Below, piece by piece: positions 46,550 through 55,423 of a stretch of DNA of 64,000 bases; position 1 is the first letter of the stretch, and every line of letters starts with the position of its first letter. The stretch covers positions 1,116 through 65,115 of the forward strand of contig DAOPIR010000001.1 of the NCBI GenBank assembly GCA_035399245.1, given 5' to 3'. Source of the DNA: Candidatus Limiplasma sp. GTDB taxonomy: Bacteria > Bacillota > Clostridia > Christensenellales > Aristaeellaceae. Under the pieces are notes generated by a model, which was given only the letters and a program-made list of their open reading frames with translations, was not told the origin of the DNA and made no database searches. The position numbers were made by a program, and so were the translations under genes.

Positions 46550-47375
46550 GGTATACCATAATGTCCTCCAGCGTCGGGGCTTCCACCATCAGCTCCGCGT
46601 TTGCGGGGATGGCGGCGGTCTGCATCAACGCCTGAAAGCCGAACGCGTTCAACCGATAGGATACCATGCCCGCGGTCAGCGTGTCCAGCTGCCGGCGCGG
46701 GCCCTTCACCAGACGGTATTTAGCGATCAGCTCGTTCTCGGCACAGCTTTCCAGGATCGTTCCGTTTTTAATGTAGGTGATAAAATCGGCGCACTTTTCC
46801 AGATCGCTGGTAATGTGCGTGGAAAACAGGATCGACTTGTCCCCGTCCTCGATCAGCTCCTGAAACAGCTCCAGCAGATCGTCCCGCGCCACGGGATCCA
46901 GCCCGCTGGTCGGCTCGTCCAAAATCAACAGCTCCGCCCTGTGCGACAGCGCCAGCGTCAGCGAATACTTTACCCGCATGCCGCTGGACAGCTCGTCCAC
47001 CCGCTTGGCCTCGTCCAGATGAAAGCGGCTGAGGTACGCGCGGTAGGCCGCCTCGTCCCACGCCGGATAGAAGCAGCGCACGACATCGGTAATCTGCCCG
47101 AGCCGGTGCTTGGGAAAATAGTCCGTCTCCCCCATCATAAAGCCGATTTTCTGCTTGATCTCAAGCTCACTGCGGTCAAAATCCTGCCCGAACACGCGCA
47201 CCGTGCCGCTGTCCTTATTGACCATCTTCATAATCGTCTTGAGCGTGGTCGTTTTCCCCGCCCCGTTGGAGCCGATAAACCCCATGATGTACCCGTGCTC
47301 CAGCACAAACGACACGTCCTTGAGCCGAAACGCGGGATACGCTTTGCAAAGCCTTTCCACTTCCAGAATGTTCAT
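46506..47375 (-). CDS. ABC transporter ATP-binding protein
   Basis: Walker A GSNGAGKTT, signature LSSGMRVKY, Walker B LILDEPTSGLD. RBS TAGGAGG. Confidence 0.9.
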   Translation of the reverse strand: MNILEVERLCKAYPAFRLKDVSFVLEHGYIMGFIGSNGAGKTTTLKTIMKMVNKDSGTVRVFGQDFDRSELEIKQKIGFMMGETDYFPKHRLGQITDVVRCFYPAWDEAAYRAYLSRFHLDEAKRVDELSSGMRVKYSLTLALSHRAELLILDEPTSGLDPVARDDLLELFQELIEDGDKSILFSTHITSDLEKCADFITYIKNGTILESCAENELIAKYRLVKGPRRQLDTLTAGMVSYRLNAFGFQALMQTAAIPANAELMVEAPTLEDIMVYHERKGEQTHESAAV

Positions 47376-47391
47376 AGCAACCTCCTAGCAC

Positions 47392-47416
47392 ATTGTGCAT
47401 GTACATTATACACAAT
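47392..47416. promoter_or_regulatory. Inverted repeat ATTGTG-N13-CACAAT, candidate GntR/YtrA operator
   Basis: Read directly. The arms extend imperfectly (ATTGTGCATGTA / TATACACAAT). It spans the -10 box of the ABC operon promoter. Confidence 0.35.
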
Positions 47417-47432
47417 TATAAAGTCGTGTCAA
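47405..47432 (-). promoter_or_regulatory. Consensus sigma70 promoter of the ABC-permease-GntR operon
   Basis: Minus strand reads TTGACA (47432-47427), a 16-nt spacer, then TATAAT (47410-47405). Confidence 0.65.
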
Positions 47433-47488
47433 CTGTTTATTTGACATCATCGGTTTCGCTGAAGTTATTGCGTTTATTCCGTATCCCG

Positions 47489-47517
47489 TTGACAATCCAG
47501 CCTCCGCCATGATAAAT
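47489..47517 (+). promoter_or_regulatory. Sigma70-type promoter of the 4Fe-4S membrane protein gene
   Basis: TTGACA (47489-47494), a 17-nt spacer, then ATAAAT (47512-47517). Confidence 0.55.
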
Positions 47518-47612
47518 TCTAGCTGACGAACAACGTAAACCGGCTGTCGCTTTCTTTACAAAGGGACATTCTATTCTGTACTGCCATTTGCAATGGCAAA
47601 AGGAGAATCGCA

Positions 47613-49196
47613 ATGAAAAAACCGGCGAAACGCAAAGGCATTTTCAGGCTGCTCGTTCAAATCTTCTTTTTCGCACTCATCGCATTGATTGCCGTAAACA
47701 AATCGCTGGAGGAAAGCGGCGCGGCGACCATCCCCTTCCTGTCCACGGCCTCGCTGCACGCGCTGTGCCCGTTTGGCGGGGTTGTGACGCTGTACAACCT
47801 CATCACCGTGGGCACCCTGATCCAGAAAATCCATGCGTCCTCGGTCATCCTGCTGGGGTTGGTGCTGGTGCTTGCCATCCTGTTCGGGCCGGTGTTCTGC
47901 GGCTGGGTATGCCCGCTGGGCTCGGCGCAGGAATGGGTCGGCAGGCTGGGGCGTAAGATTTTCAAGAAAAAGCACAATCATTTTATCCCCCATAAATTGG
48001 ACAAGTGGCTCCGTTACCTGCGGTTTATCGTGCTGGTATGGGTGGTGTTCGTCACCGCACGCTCTGCAACGCTGCTGTTTGCCAATGTTGATCCCTATCA
48101 CGCCCTGTTCACGTTCTGGACGAAGGAGGCGGCGCTGCCCGCCGTGATCATCCTCGGGGTCACGCTGATCGCCTCGCTGTTCATCGAGCGCCCGTGGTGC
48201 AAGTATCTTTGCCCCTACGGCGCGCTGCTGGGGCTGTTTAATAAAATCCGCATTTTCAAAATCCGGCGGCAGCCCGCCACCTGCATCTCCTGCAACCGCT
48301 GCTCGCAGGTATGCCCCATGAACATCGACGTTGCCAAGCAGGAGAAGGTAACGGATTTCCAGTGCATCAGCTGCTATGAGTGTACCTCGGAGCGCGCCTG
48401 CCCCGTGGCGGACACGGTGGATATGGCGCTTGCGTCCCGCAAGGCCGCGGCAAAGAAGCCGCGCGGCAAAGCGCCGGTGTGGCTTGCGGCGGTGCTGATC
48501 CTTGTGGTGATTTTCGGCGGCATCGGCGTAACCGTGCTCACCGGTGACTGGGTCACCGAAAGCGAAAAAACGCCCAGCAAGTATACCACGGGTGAAAGCG
48601 CGGGCGAGTACAATCCGGAGGATATCCGCGGCTCCTATACGTTCAGCGATGTGTCCGAGGCGTTCGGCATCGATCTTGCGGTGCTGTACGACGCCTTTGG
48701 CATTCCCGCCGGCACGGACGGATCGTCCCTGCACACCAAGGACGTGGAGGCCACCTACGGCGATGCGGAAATCGGCAACGGCTCTGTGCAGATGTTTGTC
48801 GCCCTGTATAAAAACCTGCCGATCGCGCTGGTGGATACCTACTTGACAAAGCGCGGCGCGGAAATCGTGCTGGAAGCAAACCCCAGCCTGACGCAGGAGC
48901 AAAAGGATTACCTCACCGCACACCAGATCGACACCGACACAGCGGAACCGACGGTTGTAACGCAAGAGGAATCGGCAGCCGAACCCACCGACGCGGAAAC
49001 CGAAGAGGTTATCAAAGGCGCCGCCACCTTCCAGCAGGCGCTGGACGCCGGTCTGACGAGCGAGCAGATCGAAGCCATCATCGGCGATACCCTACCCGCC
49101 GCCAATATGGCGATCCGTGATTACTGCACCGAGAAGGGCCTGTCCTTCTCGGAGATCAAATCGCTGCTCAACGACGCGATCGGCGCGGCGCAATAG
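47613..49196 (+). CDS. NapH/MauN-like membrane 4Fe-4S binding protein with an extra TM and a C-terminal domain of about 230 aa
   Basis: CPFGG / CPLGS / CPYGA membrane motifs; two ferredoxin motifs, CISCNRCSQVCP and CISCYECTSERACP; TM VWLAAVLILVVIFGGIGVTVL; then a soluble region with three similar helical motifs. Confidence 0.8.
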   Translation: MKKPAKRKGIFRLLVQIFFFALIALIAVNKSLEESGAATIPFLSTASLHALCPFGGVVTLYNLITVGTLIQKIHASSVILLGLVLVLAILFGPVFCGWVCPLGSAQEWVGRLGRKIFKKKHNHFIPHKLDKWLRYLRFIVLVWVVFVTARSATLLFANVDPYHALFTFWTKEAALPAVIILGVTLIASLFIERPWCKYLCPYGALLGLFNKIRIFKIRRQPATCISCNRCSQVCPMNIDVAKQEKVTDFQCISCYECTSERACPVADTVDMALASRKAAAKKPRGKAPVWLAAVLILVVIFGGIGVTVLTGDWVTESEKTPSKYTTGESAGEYNPEDIRGSYTFSDVSEAFGIDLAVLYDAFGIPAGTDGSSLHTKDVEATYGDAEIGNGSVQMFVALYKNLPIALVDTYLTKRGAEIVLEANPSLTQEQKDYLTAHQIDTDTAEPTVVTQEESAAEPTDAETEEVIKGAATFQQALDAGLTSEQIEAIIGDTLPAANMAIRDYCTEKGLSFSEIKSLLNDAIGAAQ

Positions 49197-49212
49197 CTCC
49201 CTTTTCGTTGCA

Positions 49213-49258
49213 AAGGGCTCGGGACGCGCGCATCGGCATGCCGCCCGGGCCCTTTTGG
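49213..49258 (+). terminator. Intrinsic terminator
   Basis: AAGGGCTCGGG...CCCGGGCCCTT forms an 11-bp stem with one mismatch and a 20-nt loop, followed by TTTGG. Confidence 0.55.
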
Positions 49259-49350
49259 TTTATCCATTTAACTTTGCCGCAGAATGCCTTATAATATAGC
49301 CACATCCGGTACGCGGAATTTGACAGGATACAGGTTTAGGGAGTGTTCCT

Positions 49351-50499
49351 ATGGAATATGATGTGATCATCGCCGGCGGCGGCGTGGCGGGCATTGCGGC
49401 GGCGCTGGCGGCAAAACGCAGCGGCGCAAAGCGCGTGCTGCTGCTGGAGCGGCAGTATCTGCTGGGCGGGCTGGCCACCTGCGGACTGGTAACAATTTAT
49501 CTGCCGCTGTGCGACGGGCAGGGGCGGCAGGTGAGCTTTGCGATTGCCGAAGAGCTGCTGCGGCTGTCCGTATGCCACGGTGCGGAAGGGCGGTATCCCG
49601 ACGCATGGCTTGGGCAGGGTACGCTGGAGCAGCGGCAGGCGCAGCGGTATTTGGTGCAGTTCAATCCGTACGCGTTTGCCATCGATGCCGAACAGCTGCT
49701 GCAAAAAGAGGGCGTGCAGGTGTTCTACGGCGCTATGATCAGCGGCGTAAATGCCGCGCAGGGACGGCTGCAAAGCATTGAAATCGTCACAAAATCCGGC
49801 AGGGAGACCCTGACGGCGAACGCCTTTGTGGACGCAACGGGCGACGCCGATTTGTTCTGGCTGGCGGGCGCGCCTACCGCGGAGCACGCAAAGGGCAACA
49901 TTTTAGCATCGTGGTACTATGGCACACAGCAGGGTGAATACGACCTGCATCCGCTCGGCTTTTGCGATATGCTGGATGAAACGCCAGGCGCACAGCACAC
50001 CGGCGAAACACGCTATCACGGGCTGGACGCACGGGAGCTGTCCGCTATGACCGTGCAGGCGCATCGCACGCTGTACGCTGATTTTCTCGCAAGCGGCGAC
50101 ATCCAGCGCGGCCTTGCCCTCACCGCCGTTGCCTCTATCCCGCAGGTGCGCATGACCCGCCGCCTGGCCGGCATCGCCACGCCGGACGAGCGCAACCCCT
50201 ACGCGCATGAGGAAACCAGCGTCGGCATGTATGCCGATTGGCGCAAGCGCGGCGCGGCGTATGAGCTTCCCTTCGGCGCGCTGTGCAGTGCGGCGCTGCA
50301 AAACGTGTTTGCCGCGGGCCGCTGCATCTCCGTTACCGACGCGATGTGGGACATCACCCGTGTCATCCCCGTATGCGCCGTATCCGGTCAGGCCGCCGGC
50401 ACCGCCGCCGCGCTGTGCCCGATTAATCATGCGCCGGAGCTTTATGCCGTGCAGGCAGAGCTCAACCGGCAGCAGGTTGCGCTGCATTTTGATGCGTAG
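49351..50499 (+). CDS. FAD-dependent oxidoreductase (PF12831-like)
   Basis: MEYDVIIAGGGVAGIAAALAAKRSGAKRVLLLER dinucleotide fold, plus DATGDADL and a C-terminal SGQAAGTAAAL. Confidence 0.75.
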   Translation: MEYDVIIAGGGVAGIAAALAAKRSGAKRVLLLERQYLLGGLATCGLVTIYLPLCDGQGRQVSFAIAEELLRLSVCHGAEGRYPDAWLGQGTLEQRQAQRYLVQFNPYAFAIDAEQLLQKEGVQVFYGAMISGVNAAQGRLQSIEIVTKSGRETLTANAFVDATGDADLFWLAGAPTAEHAKGNILASWYYGTQQGEYDLHPLGFCDMLDETPGAQHTGETRYHGLDARELSAMTVQAHRTLYADFLASGDIQRGLALTAVASIPQVRMTRRLAGIATPDERNPYAHEETSVGMYADWRKRGAAYELPFGALCSAALQNVFAAGRCISVTDAMWDITRVIPVCAVSGQAAGTAAALCPINHAPELYAVQAELNRQQVALHFDA

Positions 50500-50569
50500 A
50501 CAACGCCGGCTTAGACAAGCCTGCATAGTTCCATATGCGCTGTATACCTCTATATTCAATCCAAATTCA

Positions 50570-50603
50570 CAGCGGCGAAATAAAATATAAGCCGCTGTTT
50601 TTT
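50570..50603 (+). terminator. Intrinsic terminator
   Basis: CAGCGGC-14 nt-GCCGCTG followed by TTTTTT. Confidence 0.65.
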
Positions 50604-50610
50604 GTATATG

Positions 50611-50647
50611 AAAAAGCCGCGGTGAACTAAATGCAGTCCGCCGCGGC
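50611..50647 (-). terminator. Intrinsic terminator after tRNA-Arg
   Basis: Minus strand reads GCCGCGG-18 nt-CCGCGGC followed by TTTTT. Confidence 0.65.
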
Positions 50648-50649
50648 CA

Positions 50650-50725
50650 TGGTGAGCCCGGAGGGTTTCGAACCCCCGACCCTCTGATTCGAAGTCAGAT
50701 GCTCTATCCGCTGAGCTACGGGCCC
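50650..50725 (-). tRNA. tRNA-Arg (anticodon UCG), CCA encoded
   Basis: The reverse complement GGGCCCGTAGCTCAGCGGATAGAGCATCTGACTTCGAATCAGAGGGTCGGGGGTTCGAAACCCTCCGGGCTCACCA folds by hand into a 7/4/5/5 cloverleaf with anticodon loop CTTCGAA and T-loop TTCGAAA. Confidence 0.9.
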
Positions 50726-52935
50726 ATGGTTTGATGGCTGTGCTTTTTCATGATAGTCCATGCAAGCAATGCCAAAATGAATAGCAGCGACAGGATGTCC
50801 GCCGCGGTGAACGTCCATGGCTGGGCGTAGGCGACCTCCACGTGGCCGGTGCCGGCGGGGAGGGCGACGGTGAGGATGTTGTTGTCGCCGGCGGCGAGGG
50901 TCAGCTCGGTTTCGCCGTCCAGCGTGGCGCGGTAGGTGGGATAGCCGTACAGCGGCAGCTCCACCAGTGTATCGGCCGCCGCGGCGTAATCAAACGAAAC
51001 GGTTGTATACTGTTTGTCATAATCGGAAAACGCCACATCGCCATCCACGGCGGCAGGCACGGGCGCGCGGTCGAGGTACGTGTCCACGTCGGTGCCCGCA
51101 AAGAAGTAATCTCCGGGCAGATAGACCGGCGCGACAAAATCGGCGTACTTGTCCGCGACAATCACCTGCTGCTCGTCGGACTGGATGGCCGTATCGATAA
51201 ACGGCGCGGCGTTGAGGATGGCCAGCAACAGGCAGCCCAGCACCAGCAGGCGGCGATGCTCGGGCTTTTTGATCAGCAGATAAGCGCTTACCGCAAACAC
51301 GATCGCCAGCAGCGCCGAGGCTGCGCCCAGATAGCGCCACGGAAACTGCACCGCAAACAGAACCTTGCTGAGAACCGGAATTTTACGCACATACGTCCAG
51401 GGGAACACGACCGAGGCCATCACCAGCGCAAGGCCAGCAAAGATGGCCGCGCCGCGCCCGATGGCATACAAAGCGGTATCGTCCAAGCGTTTCTCGCGCT
51501 TTTGATAGCTAACGAACAGGAACATCACCAGCCCCAGCCCCAGCAGCAGGCCGACCGAAAGCGGCATCTCCACCGTGGTGCCCGGGAAGGTGGTCATGCC
51601 CGCATAGGGATTGACAAACGAGGCAAACAGCTGCGGCAGATAAGCCGCGTACAGCCAGATCTGCTTTTCCTGCTGGAAGATATCCAGATCGAGGCCGGAA
51701 AACGTGAGCAGCGGCACCAGAAACCACAGGTTGATCAGGATGGTGATACCCGCCGCCGCGCACAGCCTGCCGATAGCCCGCCACGAGGTTTTGCGCAGGA
51801 CGACGCACAGCAGCGTGTACAGCGCGCAGCCGATAGCCGCAATCTGCAGGCTGATAAGATGGGTCTGCAGCATACCGGTCATGCCGATCACCAGCCACTT
51901 CGTGCCCTTGTTTTGGGTCACCACCTGCACAATGCCCGCGATCACCAGCGGGTAAAACAGCATGGCCAGCGCCTCGCCCGCCGCCGCGCGCGTAAACAGC
52001 GTCATCAGCCGATAGATGCCCAGCGTGTAGGTTACGCCCGCGATCAGCCCAACCTCCGCCTTGCCTGTCCACGCCTTGACCGCGCGGTAGGTAAGGTAGG
52101 CGGTAGTGACGTTTAACAGCACGATGAACGCCTGCCAGCTCACCATCATCGACACGCCGCACAGCCGGAAAAGCGCGGGGATATATAGCAGCAAATCGCC
52201 GTACATCACCGAGGACGCATACCCATAACCGTTTAAAAACGTCGGGTCGATACGCACGGGGAACCGGCCGCTTAAAAGCCCGTCTTTGATACTCTCGATG
52301 CGCGTTAAATGGAACGCCAGATCATGCCCGTAGACAAAGAAATCGCGCATCACCGGCAGCGACGCCACACCGCCGGCGATCAGGCATACCGCCAGCGCCA
52401 GTCCCTCGGGAAAACCTTTCGTATTCCTGTCGCGGCGTGCCAGCCACACGAATACGCCGGCCGCCAGCACGATACAGAGCAGGTAAAACGCCGTGTCGCT
52501 CCACACCGGCTGATCGGACAGCACCTGCGTTACGCCCGCGGTTACCTGGCCGCGCAGCACCACACGGATACCGCGCGTGGTTTGGTCCAGCGTGAGGGTA
52601 AGCGTTGCTTCGGTCTGATTCGGGTCAAGCGCCACGCTCGCCAGCACAGGCGAAGGATTGCCCTGCCCGTCGGCAGTCAGATCGTTGATAATCTCGGCGG
52701 TGGCTTCGCCGGTGGCCGTGTAGGAAACCGTGAAGGTATAGCTGCCTTTTTCCAGCATCAGGCGGTCGCTTTGCACGGCGGACGCGTCATCCGCCGCGGC
52801 GGTAAACGCGTCGGCAAAAACAGCGGTGTTGTAATAATCGTCCTGATTGGCGCCGAAATATATAAGCAGCAGCACGATGCCCAGCACCGCCAGCAGCACG
52901 TATATTCTATTGCGTTTCCGATCGTTATGCGCCAT
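50716..52935 (-). CDS. YfhO-like / GT-C-fold large polytopic membrane protein
   Basis: 739 aa from ATG 52935 (MAHNDRKRNRIYVLLAV, RBS GGAGAAGG). GHDLAFHLTRIESIKDGLLSGRFP resembles the YfhO-family motif. At least 12 TM helices plus a C-terminal beta domain and a final TM. Confidence 0.7.
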   Translation of the reverse strand: MAHNDRKRNRIYVLLAVLGIVLLLIYFGANQDDYYNTAVFADAFTAAADDASAVQSDRLMLEKGSYTFTVSYTATGEATAEIINDLTADGQGNPSPVLASVALDPNQTEATLTLTLDQTTRGIRVVLRGQVTAGVTQVLSDQPVWSDTAFYLLCIVLAAGVFVWLARRDRNTKGFPEGLALAVCLIAGGVASLPVMRDFFVYGHDLAFHLTRIESIKDGLLSGRFPVRIDPTFLNGYGYASSVMYGDLLLYIPALFRLCGVSMMVSWQAFIVLLNVTTAYLTYRAVKAWTGKAEVGLIAGVTYTLGIYRLMTLFTRAAAGEALAMLFYPLVIAGIVQVVTQNKGTKWLVIGMTGMLQTHLISLQIAAIGCALYTLLCVVLRKTSWRAIGRLCAAAGITILINLWFLVPLLTFSGLDLDIFQQEKQIWLYAAYLPQLFASFVNPYAGMTTFPGTTVEMPLSVGLLLGLGLVMFLFVSYQKREKRLDDTALYAIGRGAAIFAGLALVMASVVFPWTYVRKIPVLSKVLFAVQFPWRYLGAASALLAIVFAVSAYLLIKKPEHRRLLVLGCLLLAILNAAPFIDTAIQSDEQQVIVADKYADFVAPVYLPGDYFFAGTDVDTYLDRAPVPAAVDGDVAFSDYDKQYTTVSFDYAAAADTLVELPLYGYPTYRATLDGETELTLAAGDNNILTVALPAGTGHVEVAYAQPWTFTAADILSLLFILALLAWTIMKKHSHQTMGP

Positions 52936-52948
52936 ATGCCTTCTCCGT

Positions 52949-53374
52949 TTATTTGTCGCCCGTGGAGCCAAAGCCGCCGCGCGATTCCGCCTGCATGCCG
53001 TCCACCTCTTCAAAGGCAACAGGCGGCATCTTTTCCACGATGCGGAACTGGCAAATGCGGTCGTTGACGGCGATGTGCGTGTCGCGCACGGCGTACACCG
53101 GCATGCGCCAGATGTCCTCGTCGCCGCAATAGCTCTCGTCAATCACGCCCATCGAATTGGTTTGCAGTATGCCCCAGCGCTTAAACGTGGAGCTGCGCGG
53201 CACCACATGCGCCTCACAGCCCTCCGGCAGCCGCATCGATACGCCCAGCGATATCAGCCGCGCTTCGCCCGCTTGCAGCGTTACGTCTTCGGCGGCGCGC
53301 AGGTCAATCCAGTCCCCCTGTTCAATCCGCCCGATCTTCTCAATCGGGGCATGGTACCTGATTTTGATGGTCAT
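52949..53374 (-). CDS. dut: dUTP diphosphatase
   Basis: 141 aa with trimeric dUTPase motifs ([25 protein letters not shown]). Confidence 0.9.
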   Translation of the reverse strand: MTIKIRYHAPIEKIGRIEQGDWIDLRAAEDVTLQAGEARLISLGVSMRLPEGCEAHVVPRSSTFKRWGILQTNSMGVIDESYCGDEDIWRMPVYAVRDTHIAVNDRICQFRIVEKMPPVAFEEVDGMQAESRGGFGSTGDK

Positions 53375-53384
53375 TGCGTTCTCC

Positions 53385-53927
53385 TCAGCGGAATTTGTAA
53401 TCGCACAGCGGGTCGTGGTCGTTCACGATGCCGATCGCCTGCAGATAGCTGTACACCGTTACCGTGCCCATGTAGCGCATGCCGCGCTTAATGAGATCCT
53501 TGCTGATTGCGTCCGACAGCGGCGAGGAGCAAACCAGCTCCTGTCCGCCGATGATCGGCGCATCCGGCGCAAACGACAGCAGATAGCGGTCAAACGAGCC
53601 AAACGCCTCCGCAATGGCAAGGAACACGCGCATGTTGCCGATCGCGGCCTCGATCTTGCGGCGGTTGCGCACAATGCCGGGGTCCTGCAAAAGCCGCAGC
53701 ACATCGCTTTCATCAAACGCGGCGATCTTCACAGGATCAAACCCCGCAAACGCCTTGCGGAAATTATCCCGTTTGTTGAGGATCACCGCCCACGACAGCC
53801 CCGCCTGAAAACCTTCCAGCAACAGCATTTCGGCCAGCTTGGCGTCGTCGTGCTCGGGCTTGCCCCACTCCGTATCGTGATAGCGGATCATAGCCTCGCC
53901 CTGCGCCCATACGCACCGTACCGGCAT
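53385..53927 (-). CDS. tag: DNA-3-methyladenine glycosylase I
   Basis: YHDTEWGKP...[27 protein letters not shown] is the Tag signature. Confidence 0.9.
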   Translation of the reverse strand: MPVRCVWAQGEAMIRYHDTEWGKPEHDDAKLAEMLLLEGFQAGLSWAVILNKRDNFRKAFAGFDPVKIAAFDESDVLRLLQDPGIVRNRRKIEAAIGNMRVFLAIAEAFGSFDRYLLSFAPDAPIIGGQELVCSSPLSDAISKDLIKRGMRYMGTVTVYSYLQAIGIVNDHDPLCDYKFR

Positions 53928-53929
53928 GC

Positions 53930-54418
53930 CTATGCGTCCTCCCAGTATCCGATGTCGGCCAGCCGCTTTTGCAGCGCGGCCTTAAGCGCGGCTTGCAGCG
54001 CAACGTTCTTTGCCGCGGTATAGTATACCTCGGGATCGCAGCGCGTTTCCCCGGGATAGCTCCACGCGGGCCCCATACGGTATGCGTCCGGTTCCCAGGC
54101 GTAGCGCGCCCAGATGTGCCCATGCAGAAAACAGTCCAGGTTCATCATTACCGCATAATTGAGCTTTGCCGGCTTGCACGCCGCGTCAATCGCATCGCCG
54201 ATCAGCATCATATCCTGCGTAAACTGCGCCCGGCCCTCCAGCGAAAGCCCGTTGAGCGACTGCGCCCGCGGCACCGCGATCAGCACGCAGTACCCCGGCA
54301 AGTGCTGATAGTCACCCAGCACTGCGTACCCGCTCTTCATTTTCAGGATCACCGTAGGGTTTTCGCCGCGTTCCGCCGCCGCAATTCGATCGTTCATCCA
54401 AGGTTCCGGTTCCATCAT
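53930..54418 (-). CDS. HIT-like domain protein (putative nucleotide hydrolase/transferase)
   Basis: 162 aa. The LPGYCVLI...NLDCFLHGHIWARY pattern resembles a degenerate HIT motif. Assignment is tentative. Confidence 0.5.
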   Translation of the reverse strand: MMEPEPWMNDRIAAAERGENPTVILKMKSGYAVLGDYQHLPGYCVLIAVPRAQSLNGLSLEGRAQFTQDMMLIGDAIDAACKPAKLNYAVMMNLDCFLHGHIWARYAWEPDAYRMGPAWSYPGETRCDPEVYYTAAKNVALQAALKAALQKRLADIGYWEDA

Positions 54419-54457
54419 CCATTATTCTCCCAATCAGCAAGGTTAAACTGCCGCCTA

Positions 54458-55402
54458 TTAAAAGCCGCGTCCGCCGCCGCCACCGCCGCCGGAATGCACC
54501 CCGCTGCCGCCACCGCCGCCGCTGAACCCGCCGCCGCGGCCACCGCCGCCGGATGCCTGCACACGCCGCGTGCGCGTAACCGTAGTGCGCAGATATTTGT
54601 CGTCGCTTTCGGTCATGGTGAGGTCGGAATTGGTCTGATAATCGTAATGGTAGGTCGAGCCCTTCAGCTTGTAGCGGGAGCGGATGCCCAGCACAAACGC
54701 AAGCCCGATCAGCAGGCAGGCGGCCGCGCCGATCAGCGCTTCGGTCGTCGTGATGGCGGAATAGCGCACAAAGTACACCGTGTCCGTATCCGGATCGTAG
54801 CGATACTCGCCTTCGGGGTTGCCCTGGTCCATATAGGCCTGCACCACGCTCATCCATGCCGGCGAATCCGCATCGTTGCTGACGGACAGGATTTCGCCGG
54901 TATCCGTGTCATAACGGAACTGGTTGTCGGGAATCCCTTGCGCAACATAGCTTTGCACCGCCGCGATCATGGCCAGTGCGCCGTCCGCGTACAAGCCCTG
55001 CTTGAGCAGGGGATTGCTTTGATCCAGCGCATTTTCCACCCGGGTATCGGTCATATAATCGATCATCCGGCCGTCGGTGTACAGGTATTCATAGCGATTA
55101 TTGGTATTGAAATTCAGGTAGTACAGCGCGCCGGAGGCATCGTCGCCCGTGCCAAGCCCCAGCGACTGATAGTACGACTGCGCCACCACATGGACGTCCT
55201 GCGTGCCGATGTTTTCATTGATCGTCAGCACGGCGTAGTCCATCCCCGTCTGCGTAATAAACGCATCAACGGCATTGGTGATCTGCTGTTCCTCCGCCGC
55301 CGTAAACACATCTGCGTAATCATACACGCGCTGCTGCGCCGCCGCCGCAAGCGGCAGCATGCACAGCATCAGCAGCGCCAGTCCCCGCGTAATCCGCTTC
55401 AT
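54458..55402 (-). CDS. TPM domain protein, YgcG-like (signal peptide, TPM, repeats, TM, Gly-rich tail)
   Basis: RVYDYADVFTAAEEQQITNAVDAFITQTGMDYAVLTINE is the TPM motif. TM ALIGAAACLLIGLAFVLGI. Tail is SGGGGRGGGFSGGGGGSG...GGGGGGGRGF. Confidence 0.8.
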   Translation of the reverse strand: MKRITRGLALLMLCMLPLAAAAQQRVYDYADVFTAAEEQQITNAVDAFITQTGMDYAVLTINENIGTQDVHVVAQSYYQSLGLGTGDDASGALYYLNFNTNNRYEYLYTDGRMIDYMTDTRVENALDQSNPLLKQGLYADGALAMIAAVQSYVAQGIPDNQFRYDTDTGEILSVSNDADSPAWMSVVQAYMDQGNPEGEYRYDPDTDTVYFVRYSAITTTEALIGAAACLLIGLAFVLGIRSRYKLKGSTYHYDYQTNSDLTMTESDDKYLRTTVTRTRRVQASGGGGRGGGFSGGGGGSGVHSGGGGGGGRGF

Positions 55403-55423
55403 CGTTTCACCCTCCGTGCCCTG

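Noticed and set aside
47571-48965. 464-aa minus-strand ORF opposite the 4Fe-4S membrane protein gene
   Set aside because: It has the same antisense-artefact composition (R/G/A/H/Q rich). The plus-strand gene has ferredoxin and CPxG motifs, a promoter and an RBS.
49351-50725. tRNA-Arg as a genomic-island integration site
   Set aside because: No integrase gene flanks the tRNA. I found no direct repeat of the tRNA 3' end, and the adjacent genes have bulk-like composition.
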